A stretch of 64,000 nucleotides of DNA from Rotaria socialis (taxonomy: Eukaryota), in the NCBI GenBank assembly GCA_905331295.1, contig CAJNYD010000596.1:1-64000 (forward strand). The letters are read 5' to 3'. Position 1 is the first letter of the stretch; the number at the start of each line of letters is the position of its first letter. The translations under genes and the position numbers were made by a program. The notes beneath the pieces were generated by a model. The model searched no databases. It was not told the origin of the DNA and was given only the letters and a program-made list of their open reading frames with translations. Of this stretch, positions 40,501 through 54,771 are shown one piece after another.

Positions 40501-43036
40501 ACATCAATTGTACGTCGAGTTAGTATGACTCCATTATTAACGCCGGAACGACCACCTATTAGTGATCTCATATTTGACTGTTTATTCAACGTGCGAATAA
40601 CCTTAATTTTGATATAAAAATAAATAAGTTGTTACAGAATTTTTATTCTTACTTCATCACGAAATTCAGATGACTTTGATGTTAATGTCACGCTTATTTT
40701 AAGCATACCGGTTTTCCCATCGTTTCTTTGTTCATTTTCTAGTTCAAGCGTTGCAGAATATAATCTATCTATTGGTATTCTACTCAAATCAAGTTTTACT
40801 GAACCCATTGATTCATCTCGTCCAATACGATCATGATCAAAAATATTAAATTGAAGTGGAAGATTTAGATCGTGTACAAAAAATGTAAATTTTTCATTCC
40901 ATGCTGGATTTAAATCACTTGACATGATGTTTGTTGTATATTTTTCTTCGGCGCCATACAAAACTTTAACATAAGGATCGCTCGTGCCATCTATGTCTTT
41001 AGAAGATAAATCGTTTCCTCTTTCAATAAAAACTTCAGTCCAATAAACTATATTCTTGTTATTATTTTCATTACTAGCATTAACAGCTGTTGATGTAGTT
41101 GTTAAAAGGGATGAAAGCGATGGCGTCTTAGTTATAACCGTACGGGCATGGTGAGTAAATTGATCTTTAAATTTATTAAAATTCAATGCTTTAGTACTCA
41201 ATGCTCGAGTGAGGCCAGTTTTTTGTGTTGAACTTGCTGCTATTGCGTCATCGCTTCCTGCATTGAAGGAGTCATTTGATACCGTCGTGTTTCTAAATTC
41301 ATGGCGAGTAGTTGATCTATCACGAGGAGATAATTCTGAAGATGAATCAATTTCATTGTTTTTTGAATTTTGATTTCCTTCACTTGTAGACGATAGTTTT
41401 GCCTCCTTAAACAAAAAATAACAATCATATTTTATATTTTAAAATGAAATTTAAATGCAATGAAAATCAATCACCTTGATACAGGCACATAAATATTTCC
41501 TAACTACATTGCTGTTATGCGTACTATTGTAGTTCATTTAAAAATAAAATAAACCTTGTATAATTGAAAAACATGAGTCAGTTCATATAGAAGATAGTTT
41601 TTCTTCTATCCGATCTGTTTTTCTATCTAGAGCAGAATAAACTTTTAGTCGAGGGACGTCATACGCACATTGAAAATGCAACAGATGATTAATTACAACA
41701 AAATACGTTATTCCTATCGACTATTGAATAGAACATTAAAAGTCGACGTCGAACGAAAGAAATAGAAACTTATGGTCACATTCCCTAGTTTCTCTATTCA
41801 TTTTTTTTTCCTATTCAATTTTCCTCTACTTAATCATCAAATGTCAGCTACTAGTTATTCATAAAGATATGAAAATATTCTTGATGCATATTGCTCACAA
41901 GAGATTTTATTAATACATATAGATATACACTTTTTTTCTTGTATGATTAATATTCAAATGAAGCTTTCGAAATTTCTACAAAATTATTTAAATACTCATG
42001 TCAACATATGCTTCCTATTAGAACAGAAAACAAAACCCAATAGGATATTAAAAAGAAATCCTATACTCACTGGCTGGAATTTTTTTAATATCGTAGCCAT
42101 TTATACTGATTTCAACCGTTACGCGTTATGCAGTCAATGTTGGGCAATAGAATATAAATACATATGCGCAAAAAAATCGATCATGCGAATCGATATGCAT
42201 ACAGAAGGTGCTATCGTCTGTTTGAATGAAAAATAAAATAAAAAATGGTTAGATACGTGTAATGATTCGTCACTAGTCAATCGGTTAGTAGCGAATAATT
42301 GTTAATTTTACACTAGAAAAGTATGTAGAAATGAATTACAGATACTTAAATCTTCTCTAAAAATGTTACGATTGTTGATGTAGACCTTTCCTAGATAAGA
42401 CTCAGAATATTAATGAGCTATGCCTAGATTTAGCGCTTGTTTACGTCAATAGAAATGACTTATATCGACAACACATTTCGTCAATTAACAATATTTGTTT
42501 GATAGGCAGATCATGTTTGAAAAATACGCTCAATTATCAATTGGGTATGTTATCGAAAACAATATGATTTTCATAGAGCTACTTTGAAACGCATATATAA
42601 TGAAAACATTTGGTATATTTTAGAATTCTCAATAACTTACAGAAATAGAACAAACAGATGGTAATGGTAAAGGTAAATATTTATTAACACCATTCCATAT
42701 TGCTGATGGAATTCGATGAGATATATCAGAACCATTAATAGGTGATTTCATTTTCTTGAAGAAAACTAAACGATTGGAAATTGAAGTTGGTGTCGCAGTT
42801 CCTAACGCTTTTTTAATACGACGTCTCAATGGAATTCGTCCTATATTACTAATATTAACTGATCGATGCCGTTCAGGAAACCGTGAAACTGATGGAGATT
42901 CTTCGATTGTATCCATTTCATATTTACTAGAATTTTCATCGAGAAATGTTCCATTTAAATTACTTAATGATGAATTAGACTGATTATTATTGTTATAGTT
43001 CAATGTAGATTGATGAATAGTGTTTTCATTAGACAT
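37582..43036 (-). CDS. MCTP: Multiple C2 and transmembrane domain protein
   Basis: Three C2 domains (DIDGTSDPYVK, CSAYVKLK, DINGKSDPFCV), CFHWENP, and the C-terminal FNFTVPWLS...YYIPLRYLIL...NKFTKR...NNEVADFISRLPSD. Many introns. The 5' exon link is inferred. Confidence 0.9.
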
Positions 43037-44882
43037 TTTTCATACTACAATATAAAAATATGTTAAGTATATTAGTCTATTTCTTATTACTAGAAGAAAA
43101 AACGAATAATTATCAAAATGAAACTCATAAAGATGATCAGAACACTAACTAGCTTTTGTTAACCGACGATCGCCATAATCAGAATCATTCATCTCGCATC
43201 TAACGTAATGCAAATATCAGTACAAGCATATTGACCAAATGAATATCGCACGATCATTACCGTTCTCACAATCCGTAATAGGAAGAAAAATTATTGTCAT
43301 AGTATTAATATGCAGCGTATTGATCTAGAAAAATTACTATTATATACAAATTACCCTTATGTAATAATTACAATTTAAAATCAATGTCGCTACTGATACT
43401 AATAGAATATTGGTAGCCTCCTGTTTTGTTTTCATTCTATCAATACCTATTGAAACGATGTTCCATATCCGTATTGATCGGCTAAAAACAACAACACACT
43501 TCTTTCAGTCAAAGATAAATTAATCGTTTTTATACGATTCAGATAAATGGAACAACTGGAAAAGATCAACTTAATTAATAACGATTAGATCTATTGAAAA
43601 GGTTACTTTCTCGCTTAAAAATAGATAGCTATCTTACAGATAATGATATTACAGCAGTGTTCTGTTTTTTTTGTTTTAACATAAAATGCCATGTACTTAC
43701 TTTATCATGATCATCACTAGTAATGCTTTTCGAGCTAAAACGAGAAATGTCATAAACACACAAATCTAACTCAACAATCGATTAGTAATCTATTGATAGA
43801 AAGAAAGATATTTTCGATAATATGCACTGTAGTCCTATTAAGAAAGTCGATAAAGACATCATATTAGAATCATAAAAAATGTCGCACTTCTGAGTATAAT
43901 TTATTTTTCGCTTTATAATTGTTGTGTATCATTTTTCCTTCCCAAAGAGTTCGAAGACGATTATAATAATAAGAGAAACAGAAAAACAACGTCCATTACT
44001 ATGATAGACTAAGAAAATAAATCTGTAAAGTATCTTGTTTTGTTGATTCTGATGTTTCCAGCAATTGTGCATTGACGCATAGAGAAATGAAAAACAAACA
44101 CATAAGCTGTTTGCAGTATGTGACTTAGTGCTTAGCAATGTTTCAAGGAGAATATTACTAATGAGATAGAACAAAAACAACGGCTTTTTATTTTTGCCTC
44201 ATCGAGTTCTCTGTTCTTTTAATTTGAGATCTCTATAAAAAAAATCTTAGAGATACAAAAATAACAATTACAACAAGAAAAAAAAATGTTCATTACAAAA
44301 ATATAGTGAATTTAATTCATCCTCATGTTTCCATCTTTGATTGTGTTTGTTGTTGATCATCTAAAAGACAAACATGTAAAAACCACTTGATTTAAATAAC
44401 ACTTATTGATACATACTACTAAGATCATTGAACATAAAATGCTGTTTGTATTCGCGAAGATTATCACTTAAACGAGCTTCATCAAGAAATACTGCATAAA
44501 CACGTTTAACGTCATCGATTGTTACTTCACGAGCCTAAATAGATATAAACATAAATTCTTCGTTACATGATCGTCTCCGAACAGATCGAATAATCCTAAT
44601 CAAAGCGATCAAGCAAAAATATTTTCCATATGCTATTTTGCAAAGGTTATTTACTTAGCATCTGGTATCACAATAAATCTTCGACATGAGAAAGTACAGG
44701 CTTTTCAATAAAGACCGACCTGATAGCGTACCAGAACCGGATTCTCATAGTGAAAATAAGATAAAATAAGCAAGAAATTTTATTGGAACTTAAAACGGTG
44801 TACTTTGTAGTTATCCATATCTAGCAATTCCAAGTAAATTTCATCGATCTCGACTAATAATACTTGATAGAGTAATAGATTG

Positions 44883-45285
44883 AATAATAATAATAATATA
44901 ATAATAATATCTCCCATAGGCTTATCGCTCGTTGGGGCCGACGCTAAAGGGTCCACAAGCAGCCAGGTTCTATCGTGTTTTCTCTTTTACAGACGACGGT
45001 ATCTGCACCTCATTCGTCCAACGCTTTCCCCGCTAATGATATGGGTTGGCGATCATCATAGGATCACGTGACCGTGACATCTATGTTGAAGTTATTGTTT
45101 TGACTCTGCATACTGACTAATGATATAATCGATACGCTATCGGATGAGTCATCCGGAACACTTAGCCGTTAGTAACTTGTTCAGGGTTATTCCATGGTTG
45201 GTGATACTGTGGTTTGAGCACAGTACCTTGTGAATATGTGTCGAATAACATATCCACTCAACCATGGCGCCTCAATAGATTGAAT
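44883..45285 (-). mobile_element. 5'-truncated non-LTR retrotransposon (RTE-like) 3' end
   Basis: Minus strand has degenerate GHV, RGKRWTNEV and DRTWLLV motifs, then an (ATT)n tail. Interrupts RUVBL2 after the KETSLRY segment. Confidence 0.6.
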
Positions 45286-45593
45286 AGAATATCGTAAAGA
45301 TGTTTCTTTTCCAATTGTGGTAAATACGTTAAGTGCATCATCCGATATTTCTACATCTTCTTCACATCTAAAAATATATTCGCACTTTCTTTCCCTGTCA
45401 AATCGCTTATTAACGAATACGTTATTTTAAGAATTTATTTAATTTCATCAGCTTCATATGGTTCTGTCGTCATAATCAATAGACAATCAAGTAAATCAAT
45501 TGGAATACCATGTGGACTTTGTTGATTTGTTTCACGTATGCTAATAACATTCACTTTGCCATTATTTTTGTTGATAAATTTCATCGTATCCTA

Positions 45594-45836
<243 letters not shown>

Positions 45837-45944
45837 TTACACAACTTCTTTACGTTTTTGTAATTCGCTTTCGGGACATAACATCACTAAGGAAATCAAA
45901 GTTGACAATAAATTCTTATTGAAAGATAGAAGGAGGAGATTTTA

Positions 45945-46043
<99 letters not shown>

Positions 46044-46583
46044 TTATGCACCCTAGAAAATACCTTTTTCTAATGAAAAAATTAATTCTATTGGTACTGA
46101 TCCAGTTGCAGGTCGATCAATTTGAATTTCAACAAATTCACCTTCAATGAATTCATCTGCTTGTCTTAAATATAGAATAACATATATTCTTTTGTTTTTA
46201 TAAATTATAATTCATGATTTAGTTAATTCGAACTCCAATCGAACGTCAAAATGCTTGAGTTTTGCTCATTTCTAATGAAAATATTTCCCTACTAGACATA
46301 GCCGTGAATGGGGTGTCTGATTTGATCTCAATGCTTGTGCAATACCTAAACAAGTAAAATAAATTCTAAGCAAGACAACCTGAATTGGTGAATCTTAAAA
46401 GAATAAATCTCATCATATGTTATTTAAAATAAGATTTTATGAAAACAAGTTTCTATTTTCGTTATCAAGGTTTGTCATTCGTTCAGTTCAAATGGGTTTT
46501 GGGAATTTTAAAATGCTTTCCTACGATTCGTATAATCAATCAGTAGTGATGTTGTCAACAGACGTTCTTATGTCCTATGATCA

Positions 46584-46730
<147 letters not shown>

Positions 46731-46841
46731 TTAACTAACAGCGCGTGCTTCAAGACTATCATTAAGACCAAGTCCATGAATATGCAAATGAGCGCCTAGA
46801 AAAACTTCATAAATTCGCATAGTAAAACGATGACTCTTTAC

Positions 46842-46909
46842 CTGAGGTGGGCAAAATACTCGAAGTACTCGTACTCGTACTCGAGAAAGTCCGTAGTTGC
46901 CCCGCTCTA
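46842..46909. mobile_element. 68-bp minimal hAT-like MITE
   Basis: TSD CTCTTTAC at 46834-46841 and 46910-46917. Imperfect TIR CTGAGGTGGGCAA / TTGCCCCGCTCTA. Internal (GTACTC)3. Confidence 0.75.
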
Positions 46910-48150
46910 CTCTTTACCGATTATTTCTATCCTTGCTATTTTGCGCACTTGTTGAACTTGTGATGTTGATGGCTATTAGCGTAGAAAAACAAATACTGTC
47001 ATGAAAAATTCTACTCTAATAGCTCCGCACAGCATTCATACTGATTGATAGATTGTTATCGTAAAGAAGAGAATTAGAAATAGCGATTAAACTGTTGCTA
47101 AAACGAGACTTGTCTATCTTTCTTTAAAATTTAGTTTCAAACCTGATACGCCAAAATACGAAGCAATCCAATAGTGCATAAATGATGTCACTAAACGACA
47201 TATCATTAGAACTCTCCTTGAAGGACGATGGTTTGTTCAACATAAGAAATGAATATTGTACAATCGAGAAAAGTAATTCACATCAACTATTCTCTGTATA
47301 TGAAATCATGATTTTGTATCTATAAGAAAGTTTCTGATTAAGATTGCTTTTTAGGGCTGATGATTCATGTGAGAAGTATTTCACTTTGTTTATCTTTCTC
47401 TAGCAGAAATCGAAATAGGAAGTAGTGAAATCATTGAATTTCTTGTTCCATTTCATATAAATTAAAAGATAAATTCCATAGAATCATAGAATATTTAACA
47501 AGAATCTTTCATTCCAATGAGAACATTTTTCTTCTTCTTCTTGTCTCTCACTTTCAAGCAGCAATGAATCTCACACATTTCTATTCACGAGAGACTATAA
47601 AATAAGATTGCTTAGGAAATTTCTAATTTCTCAATCATAATGCATAAGACAAGTGAATCATGCAATTTTTAAAAGTACTCTGTTTAAGAAGCTCTTCCAT
47701 TTACTCGATAATATAGACATTCGAAAAAACCAATTTCATCAATTAGCAATGATGCATACAGTAATCACTTTTTCTATTTGTACATTTCCTCAACAAATTC
47801 ACACATATGGCACTACTATCAATAGCTCCGAGCATCATCATTGAGAGAGAAATCTGACAAATAGTTCTCTTCGTTTTCTCCTCTTAGTTGCGCACTACTT
47901 GATCCATACATTCAATAGTACAGATACATAGCTTATTTCTTTTTTTCTTCTTTCTTGAATGCGTGCACGCTTTCTTAAGTTTGATTAGAACGCATGATTA
48001 CATGCATTTTTGATAGGCGGGAAATCGACAAAAAGAACAGTAGCACCTGGTTTGTTCACCCAATCGAATATATTTGTCTTATGTATACATATATTTGTCA
48101 AAAGTGCAGAAAAGAAGAGAAGAAGAAAAAAAACGAACGAAAATGCAAAG

Positions 48151-50303
48151 TTAATCAATGTCACTTCCACTGCATCCATTTTTTGTCGATGTTGATGCCA
48201 TGAACATTGGATAGCTTTCTTCATAATTTTTAAGCATTTCATTTAAATACGATTGAAATACATCGACAGCAGCCATTATAGCTGGTGTACCGAAACCGTG
48301 TGTTAAAAGAGAAAAAAATAGCAATGATCGTTGCACGGATGGATCGAGAATCGTCGGAAAATTTTGATGAGAAATCAATGATGAATTAGATGTATGTCGA
48401 GAAGTAGCACTATTTGGTGATGCAAAATTTACAGGCGATCGATCTTGTTTGAGCAACTCACTAAATTCTTGAACTAATTGCCTAAAATGATTCAGAAAAA
48501 TCAAATAAGAATTTTTTTTTCGAAATTCATAATTAAAAATTTTTACTTGGCAGCTAAAATCATATTTCGACGTGAGCTTATTTCATTCGGATCTGAATAA
48601 TGTCTTGCTACATAATGAGCAGTCGTTTTAGTCGGAAATTCCGCTTCACATAAACTACGAAAATCAATAGCTAATTGGTTTGCTTCACCTGAAACGAATA
48701 AAATGCTGTTTCATTGAATATTTAAAATAGATTGCGATCTCACCTTCGACAAGAGAAGTAAATAATGTTGTTGTCGATGTTTTACGACGGCCCGCTTGTA
48801 GTGTTACACCAATTTTTTCCAATTTATTACGTAGATCTCGACCACCATTTTTCGATTTAGCTCTAAAATAGAGGTTTAATAATTGAATTAATATCACGGA
48901 AATAAAAAATCAGTGTAACAATGATGTTAAAAATACTAATTGAATTCGTGTCCAATTTACCGTCTTAAAACGCCACCAAGCAACGATGCATTGAGATTTT
49001 CAGGTTGACCAAGACGTCGTTGAATTTCACTTATTGTTACTTTATATTTTGATGATTGACTTAAAAGTGATAATCGACCAGGTACTAATTACATATAAAT
49101 GTTAGAAAGAAAAAAATGAATTGAATATTAAAAATATTTTTTTATTGTACCTTGGCAAAAAAAATCTGTTGGTGAAATCGAACCATTACCATTAACAGAA
49201 CACATTGAAGAATATGAACTCGATTCACGAGATCGATCCGAACGTCGACCATCTATAAAATAGTTTTAATAGATATTGGAAAAAAAAACTAATTTTCTAA
49301 TCATACCTCTACTCGCTGATGATCTATGATAAGATGAATCATCGGTTTGTAACTCATCGCTACCATTAAGAATCTAGAAAAGAAATTATTTTTCCAATAG
49401 AATTAAATTCTTCAATATAAATGACAAATTTTTTCTGTCTATGATTAAGGTTTGGTTCGATGCATCACATCAAAACTCTCTTATCATAGAAAAAAAATAA
49501 ATAAAAGAATTGCTAACTTACACGAGATGTATTATCGACAAGTGAACTGGATGAAGTCTGATGATGTTGAGCATGACGAGAATAAAGTTCAGCTGCTTGT
49601 TGATGATGAACGTCAAGAATCGATTGATGATGACGTGCAGCAGTCGTTGCGACATAAGCACTGGCATACGGATCATACGATGATGTATTAAATGTATTAT
49701 TGCTTGTATTTGCATGATGATGATGCATACCTGTTGTTGCATTTGCATAGGACGATGACGATCCTGAGGAACCGTTTACTGTACCATAATTAAATGTTGG
49801 ATAATGTTCCATAGCACTTGTTGCTGCATGTATATCGAATTGAGCTACAAATGTTGGATTAAATGGTGGTGGAAAATATGGAAACGATGGATCAGTAATG
49901 GTGCCCGTACGAGAACTTGTCGATGTACTGAATGGACCACCGCCAACCGATGATGGCGATGATGATGATGATGAACCATATTTTATATCCTGTAAATCAA
50001 AAGAAAAATTCATTGATATATATGCAATGAATAAGGTATTGAAAAAACAAGCTACTACTACTACTGAATGGTTAATTTAATGAGCTGTATGTCAAAGAAA
50101 ATAATGCGAGTCTGTATTTTGACAATACATAAATGAATAAATAAGCAAGTTTTTTTCCTCTCTTAACCTTGTTGTGCCTAAAGGCTGTTGGAATAGTATA
50201 AGAAAACAGTCAAAAAGCAAAAGACACAAAAAAGAAAACGACTTACATCGGTCTGCACACCACTGCCACCGCCTGAATCAATTAGATCAAATGCAGATGG
50301 CAT
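48151..50303 (-). CDS. TFAP2: Transcription factor AP-2
   Basis: IKY motif, PY motif [60 protein letters not shown] and LTHGFG. First exon (MPSAFDL...|GTAAGT) is inferred. Confidence 0.93.
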
Positions 50304-50699
50304 ACAATGATGTTGTTGAACTTTTTTTTCTTTTTCGTTCTCAAGATCCTGCGGCTGTTCGACAACTGATAATGAGTTGACAACAATAAATACCCGAAGC
50401 AACAAAAAAATGCACAGATGAAGAAATTATGTGAATGTAGTAAAATAGGCAATGAAGAAAAAAAAAGAATAATGACAATCGACTTCGTTTTTTTTTTTCT
50501 TCTTCTTCTTCTTCTTCTGTAACTAATAGCCAAAATTGGAAGAAAAAAAATCTACGAATATTAATAGGAAAGAAAAATAATCGTATGCACAATATCAATT
50601 TTATAAATAGACATATACAAATTCCATTTTTCAAACAAAATTTTATATGTATGTATACTGAGCTAAGTGTACTTCTATTTTCTATGTAGGTTCGTTCTC

Positions 50700-50915
50700 T
50701 GTTTTCGACCAATCATGCCCTGCGGCATCAAATAAACTCATACAAGCCAATCGGCAAAATTTCCTGCGCTCTCGAGCATTGACGATTGGGTAAACGGTTC
50801 TTTTTTTTTTCTTTCCTTTTTTTTCTTCTTTTTTTTTACGAACAAGTAAACAAAAGAATTGCTATTACTAATAAACTCATCCTATAATCGATCAACACCA
50901 ATGTGGGCGGAACTA
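50700..50915. promoter_or_regulatory. Putative TFAP2 promoter with clustered CCAAT boxes and a GC box
   Basis: CCAAT or ATTGG at about 50709, 50747, 50785 and 50897, plus GGGCGG at about 50905, 400-600 bp upstream of the inferred ATG. Confidence 0.4.
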
Positions 50916-53900
50916 TAATAGACTTATTCGTTCTTCCGTCATCTTTTCCTTTTTTTGTTATCGAAATGATCTACTATTACGCTTCTATCATTATCAATTC
51001 CGGTTATTAGTAGTAACAAATGGCAATGAGGGGAGAAAAAAGAAAGTAGTTCGCAACTAAACCAATATCCGGTGCAGCAATCAGCATCCCCCAAAAAAAA
51101 CATATAAAAATACAATACTATCGGAAACGTGAAATATTGAAGCTCTCTAAAGGATAACAACATTCTCATTGGGATATATATGGCAAAAAAAACAAATGCA
51201 CAGTATATAAAGAAAAGGATACTTTTTTAAAAGTACATAACAACGATGTTTGAATCGATACAATTTTACTTCTCAGCTTAAATCATTTCTAGAGTTCGCT
51301 TCTATCTTGAATAGACAGTACACTATCATGTAATATATCAAAATACGATTAAGATTTTATTGATTGTTTAACGAACCTTGACATAATATCACGCTCGGTG
51401 ACATCTTCACTAGTCCCTTGCTTTTATTAATGTAACACATTAAGGGAGATGATTTTCACGCCTAGGAAAAACACATTTTCTTAAGATAGATAGTTTTATT
51501 GACAAAAAAAAGAAAGAAATAAGAAATAGACATTCAGCTATGTAGTTTATCGACTTTCTATCAAAACACCCTCTAGCGTCATAGAATTCAAAGAAAGTGT
51601 CGTAGATTATTATCTATATAACAACGTGCTATTGACAAGTTAAGTTCAATATGTAAATCTTCTTCATTAATAAAACAGAATTCTTTTTATTTTATTTTTA
51701 TATTCATTTTGAAGATCATATGTCAACATCAAACCATATTAAAAGAAAGAAATTCAGTTCCGCATACGGTTTTTTATTTGCATTTTAAAACATTGAATTA
51801 AACTCACCTGGTGATATGGCAAAAGAACCATTTTTTTTTATTGCTGCTGTTGCGTGTATACGTAATGAATATTTGTGATGTAGCAGCTATAGACACTATA
51901 CGTTTAGAGAAATATAAATGCATTCTTCTTCTTCTTATTATTATTATTATTATTCTCTATTCATATCGATATGCTCTGATTGGTCAAGATATCTTATTGA
52001 CATTAATGATTCTTTCTTTCCTTTTCTCTCTCTCTCTCGCTTTTCTCCTATTGGAAATAATATCAAGTTTGTTTATAGTTCATTATCATTAATGATGAGT
52101 TGAACGAATTCTTTCTTTCGTTTTTTTTTCTCTTTGAGGAAATACAGCTGTTATTCATGTTTGAAATTCAGCGAAATATAATGCTGGGAAAAGATTATCA
52201 ATCATTGCCTCCTCCCGATCAATAAGCACTCCTTTCACTTGTCGAGTATCTCATTCAAACTAGTAGCTACTGGTGCATATTATATGCCGACTTTGCTCAT
52301 ACACTTTTTCACATCCTAATCATTGTCGTCGAGAATAAGTGGCTCTCTCTCTCCGTTTTCTTCTTGATAATGTAATCTCATATTTGATATTAAAAAGAAT
52401 AGGTCGAACCACTTCATGGCGACAAAAAAAATTGCTTTCTTTTTAATTGAATGGACTTATATTGTTGAAGAAAACGAATCTATGGACTTCATGGTTGATT
52501 GAAAAATAAAAATCAATCGTCTCTCTCATATAATAATGATGTGTGAAATGTAATCATCGATAGTGAGGAATATATTATTGTTATTTAAGGCAAAACACCT
52601 TTTCTACACTATCTAAACAAGAGCTCGTGTCTGAGAGAGAGAGAGCGAGAGAGTGAGCGAAATAAAATAATAGTTTAAATCAACAATCAAAACTAAATGA
52701 TTTTGTTTTTATTTAAGAAAAAAACTAAAATAATCACTCAAATACACATTCGATTAGCTATGCTCCACCCACCGTTATTGGCGTCAGTCGAAAGCTTTCG
52801 GAAATAGATTCAAAAAAACAAAAACAAATAAACGTTGACATATTTTGCCAATTTAGCTCAAAAACATTCTTTACACGAGGGGTAATTAGAGAGGGTAGAT
52901 ACAGATAGTATTTATCCTGCTGTGCACATGCCAGCTCACATTCTCTTCTACGTTTGATCTTGAAGAAATGTGACATCATATATATGATTATGTCGTTTTG
53001 CCTTTTAATCAAATCAAATTGGTCGTATATACACATGTATTGACTTTTCGATCAACAAGTATCTTGCTGCGATGTATCAATGCGGCGCATACTATCATTC
53101 TTTTGATAATACATATGTATATGTAATGAGTTCTTCTCAAGTATTTTGACTCTTATGTTACAAGAAAACATTTTTCTCTCTCCCCTTGATGGCTAATTGA
53201 TAATCTTACTGCGAAATCTAAATAGAAATGAATTTAACTTTGTTTTATCAGATCGAATAAAATAATCGATTGTATTGACTGACCTATCACCAGATATTAT
53301 TCTATATTTTCGATCATACGAGTTAATTCATGCATGAAATTGTACGTGTGTATATGTGTGATTATAGAAGACAATAAAAAGAAAAGAAAGACACAAGGAA
53401 ATGAAACCTATAATAGTTTATATTAAATGTTCACATGCGGACGAATAAATATCGTTTTCTAATGATTCGATATTCTTTTTGTATCTCTAATCTCTATTCA
53501 GAATTTTGTTTTTGAAAGAAAAAAATACAAGCAGATCGATGCCGTCGCTTCAATGATATATACGCGTATACATCTGGAGCACTTGATAGACTTCCTTTTC
53601 TTATTACTCTCTGATATGAACGAAACAAATTATTCTTTACAAGTTAATGTGAAATAATAAACATCGATTTGTTTTAGTACTCATATTCAATTGCACAATA
53701 TGCCTTTTGTTCTAGATAATGAATAATTTCTTTAAAGAAAATAATTCATACGATACAGTTCTTGATTTTCTGTCTCGATTCCGTTGCATCAATTCAATCT
53801 AATGATTGAATGGAAATTTTCAATATTTTCTTTAGTCAAAAATATATTTTTTAGAAGAATGTCATTTTTTTTTCATCGGCCATACAACAGTATTTGAAGG

Positions 53901-54771
53901 TATTTTAAACCCTATGGATTTAAATGTCTGCTGGTGCACCATAATGATTCGATCTGATGCTAACATTCGATGATCTATTTGGAAAAAGTCATATTTTATC
54001 AGCTATTAAGAATTATCGGGATTCTTCAGTTAACTGCGCAACATACTCATCAGAGTAAATACCTGCGTTTTGTTTTTTGTGAAAGACACAGGGTGTCTCA
54101 ACTATTTTTCTTAGTTTTTCGAAAAGAATTATTTGATAGTAATTGTTAATATTCAAATCAATAGAATTAGATTTTAGTTTATTTTCGTCAAATTCAAATA
54201 TTCATTTTCAATTGCACGAAAATATCGGCCGTAAAATTGGTTGTAGAAGATTTTACTATGTTACTTTTGGACATGAATTCACACACAAATGATATAGTTT
54301 GATCGTACATCGAATCAGTTTCGTTTAACAGTAACTTTTTAAGGATTTATTTAAAAATATTCATGCATCTGGTTTTTGTATATTTGAGCACAAGAATTAT
54401 CTTGGCAAACTAAACTTTCTGCTTTCTTTCTATCGACAACTACAAGATTGCTTCACATTGCACGGACTAAATAGTGAATAATTTTTCACATTTCCATTAT
54501 CTCATCATCTATTACAGTAATAAAGATAATGTAGAACAACGTATTATACTTCTAAAATCAAAATATTAAAAATTTTGTTTGCGTGACTTTACGCGAATTT
54601 CAAGGTTAGATATAGAATTTTTCATATATTGATGAAATAAACACACATACGTGAAGTAGAATCAATTGATCGCAGATATCATTATATATATATATATATA
54701 CGTATATCACATCAAAATGAAATGTACTATTCATATGTCTATATTGGTTGATGATATAAAAACTAATGAAA

